A stretch of 63,414 nt of DNA, filler included, from Octopus bimaculoides (Eukaryota): the NCBI RefSeq assembly GCF_001194135.2. It is 6 parts of 6 records of this genome, joined end to end, with 100 filler letters (N's around TTAATTAATTAA, not from the genome) between each part and the next. Parts side by side here need not be neighbours in the genome. Positions count along the whole stretch, not along the records: positions 62,398 to 63,414 come from NC_068985.1; 5 more parts are not named here. One strand, written 5' to 3'. The position numbers and the translations under genes were made by a program. Shown piece by piece: positions 63,008 through 63,414 of this stretch. The notes below the pieces were generated by a model. It searched no databases, was not told the DNA's origin, and saw only the letters and a program-made list of their open reading frames with translations. Position 1 is the stretch's first letter. Each line of letters begins with the position of its first letter.

Positions 63008-63052
63008 TGTCGCTGAAGAGGTCACAGATGTATGACGAAAGACTTCCGGACA
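63008..63052 (+). ncRNA. Hammerhead-like motif, family B
   Basis: tgtcg-CTGAAGA-g-GTCA cagatgta TGAC-GAAA-gact-TC-cggaca. Confidence 0.45.
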
Positions 63053-63278
63053 ATGGACATGAATTAAAATAATAAAATAAGAACAGTAATTAACGAGTGA
63101 AGACAAAATATATAGTGTGTGTGTTTATTTGGCAAGAAAAAAAAATGACCATCCCGAAATACAACAATATCTATTTCAACACAGGATTTCATATCAGGAA
63201 TCTTGCAAAACGAATTGATAAACATGACTGAACACTATTCAATTTTTTTTCTCCGTGTTTTTCTCCTTGTCTCCGTAT

Positions 63279-63315
63279 TCTTTCTGTTGAAGAGCGTAGC
63301 TCGAAACGTCAAAGA
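63279..63315 (+). ncRNA. Minimal type I hammerhead-like motif, family A
   Basis: tcttt-CTGTTGA-a-GAGC gta GCTC-GAAA-CG-TC-aaaga. Helix I is 5 bp, helix II 4 bp, helix III is the palindromic ACGT, and the cleavage triplet is GUC at 63308-63310. Confidence 0.6.
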
Positions 63316-63414
63316 CTTTCCGTATTCCCGAGCGTCATACTAATATATACTTTTGTTATTTACACCACCTGTCCTCGTCTGTTGTTATTATTTGTATATT
63401 CTCCCATATATATA

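Overview
AT-rich, microsatellite-dense, gap-ridden eukaryotic genomic DNA. The repeat landscape suggests an Octopus short-read assembly (inference). No prokaryotic features or CRISPR arrays were found, and nearly all long ORFs in the supplied track are N-gap or microsatellite artefacts. One spliced host gene runs on the + strand, with 11 supported exons between 20950 and 43830. They encode 2 calcium-binding EGF, further EGF and MEGF-type repeats, a duplicated Thr-rich micro-exon and a SEA module with a GSVIV motif, consistent with a mucin-like cell-surface or secreted glycoprotein. A candidate signal-peptide exon lies at 10621; the TM/C-terminal exons were not found with confidence. The rest is a transposon graveyard: piggyBac, mariner and Tc1 remnants, a Tx1/L1-like LINE, R4/Dong-type REL retrotransposon pieces, a CR1/Jockey-type 3' end, a Helitron Rep fragment, three tRNA-derived SINE families, MITEs, Penelope-like elements (PLEs), and a complete but decayed 4.1-kb Gypsy-like LTR element with a 5-bp TSD that splits a SINE. 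The most interesting signal is RNA-structural. Three PLE-type repeat families carry minimal hammerhead-ribozyme motifs. In one family a tRNA-like Pol III module sits just upstream of the pseudo-LTR in two diverged copies. Another family shares a non-canonical CUGUYGA core in both copies.
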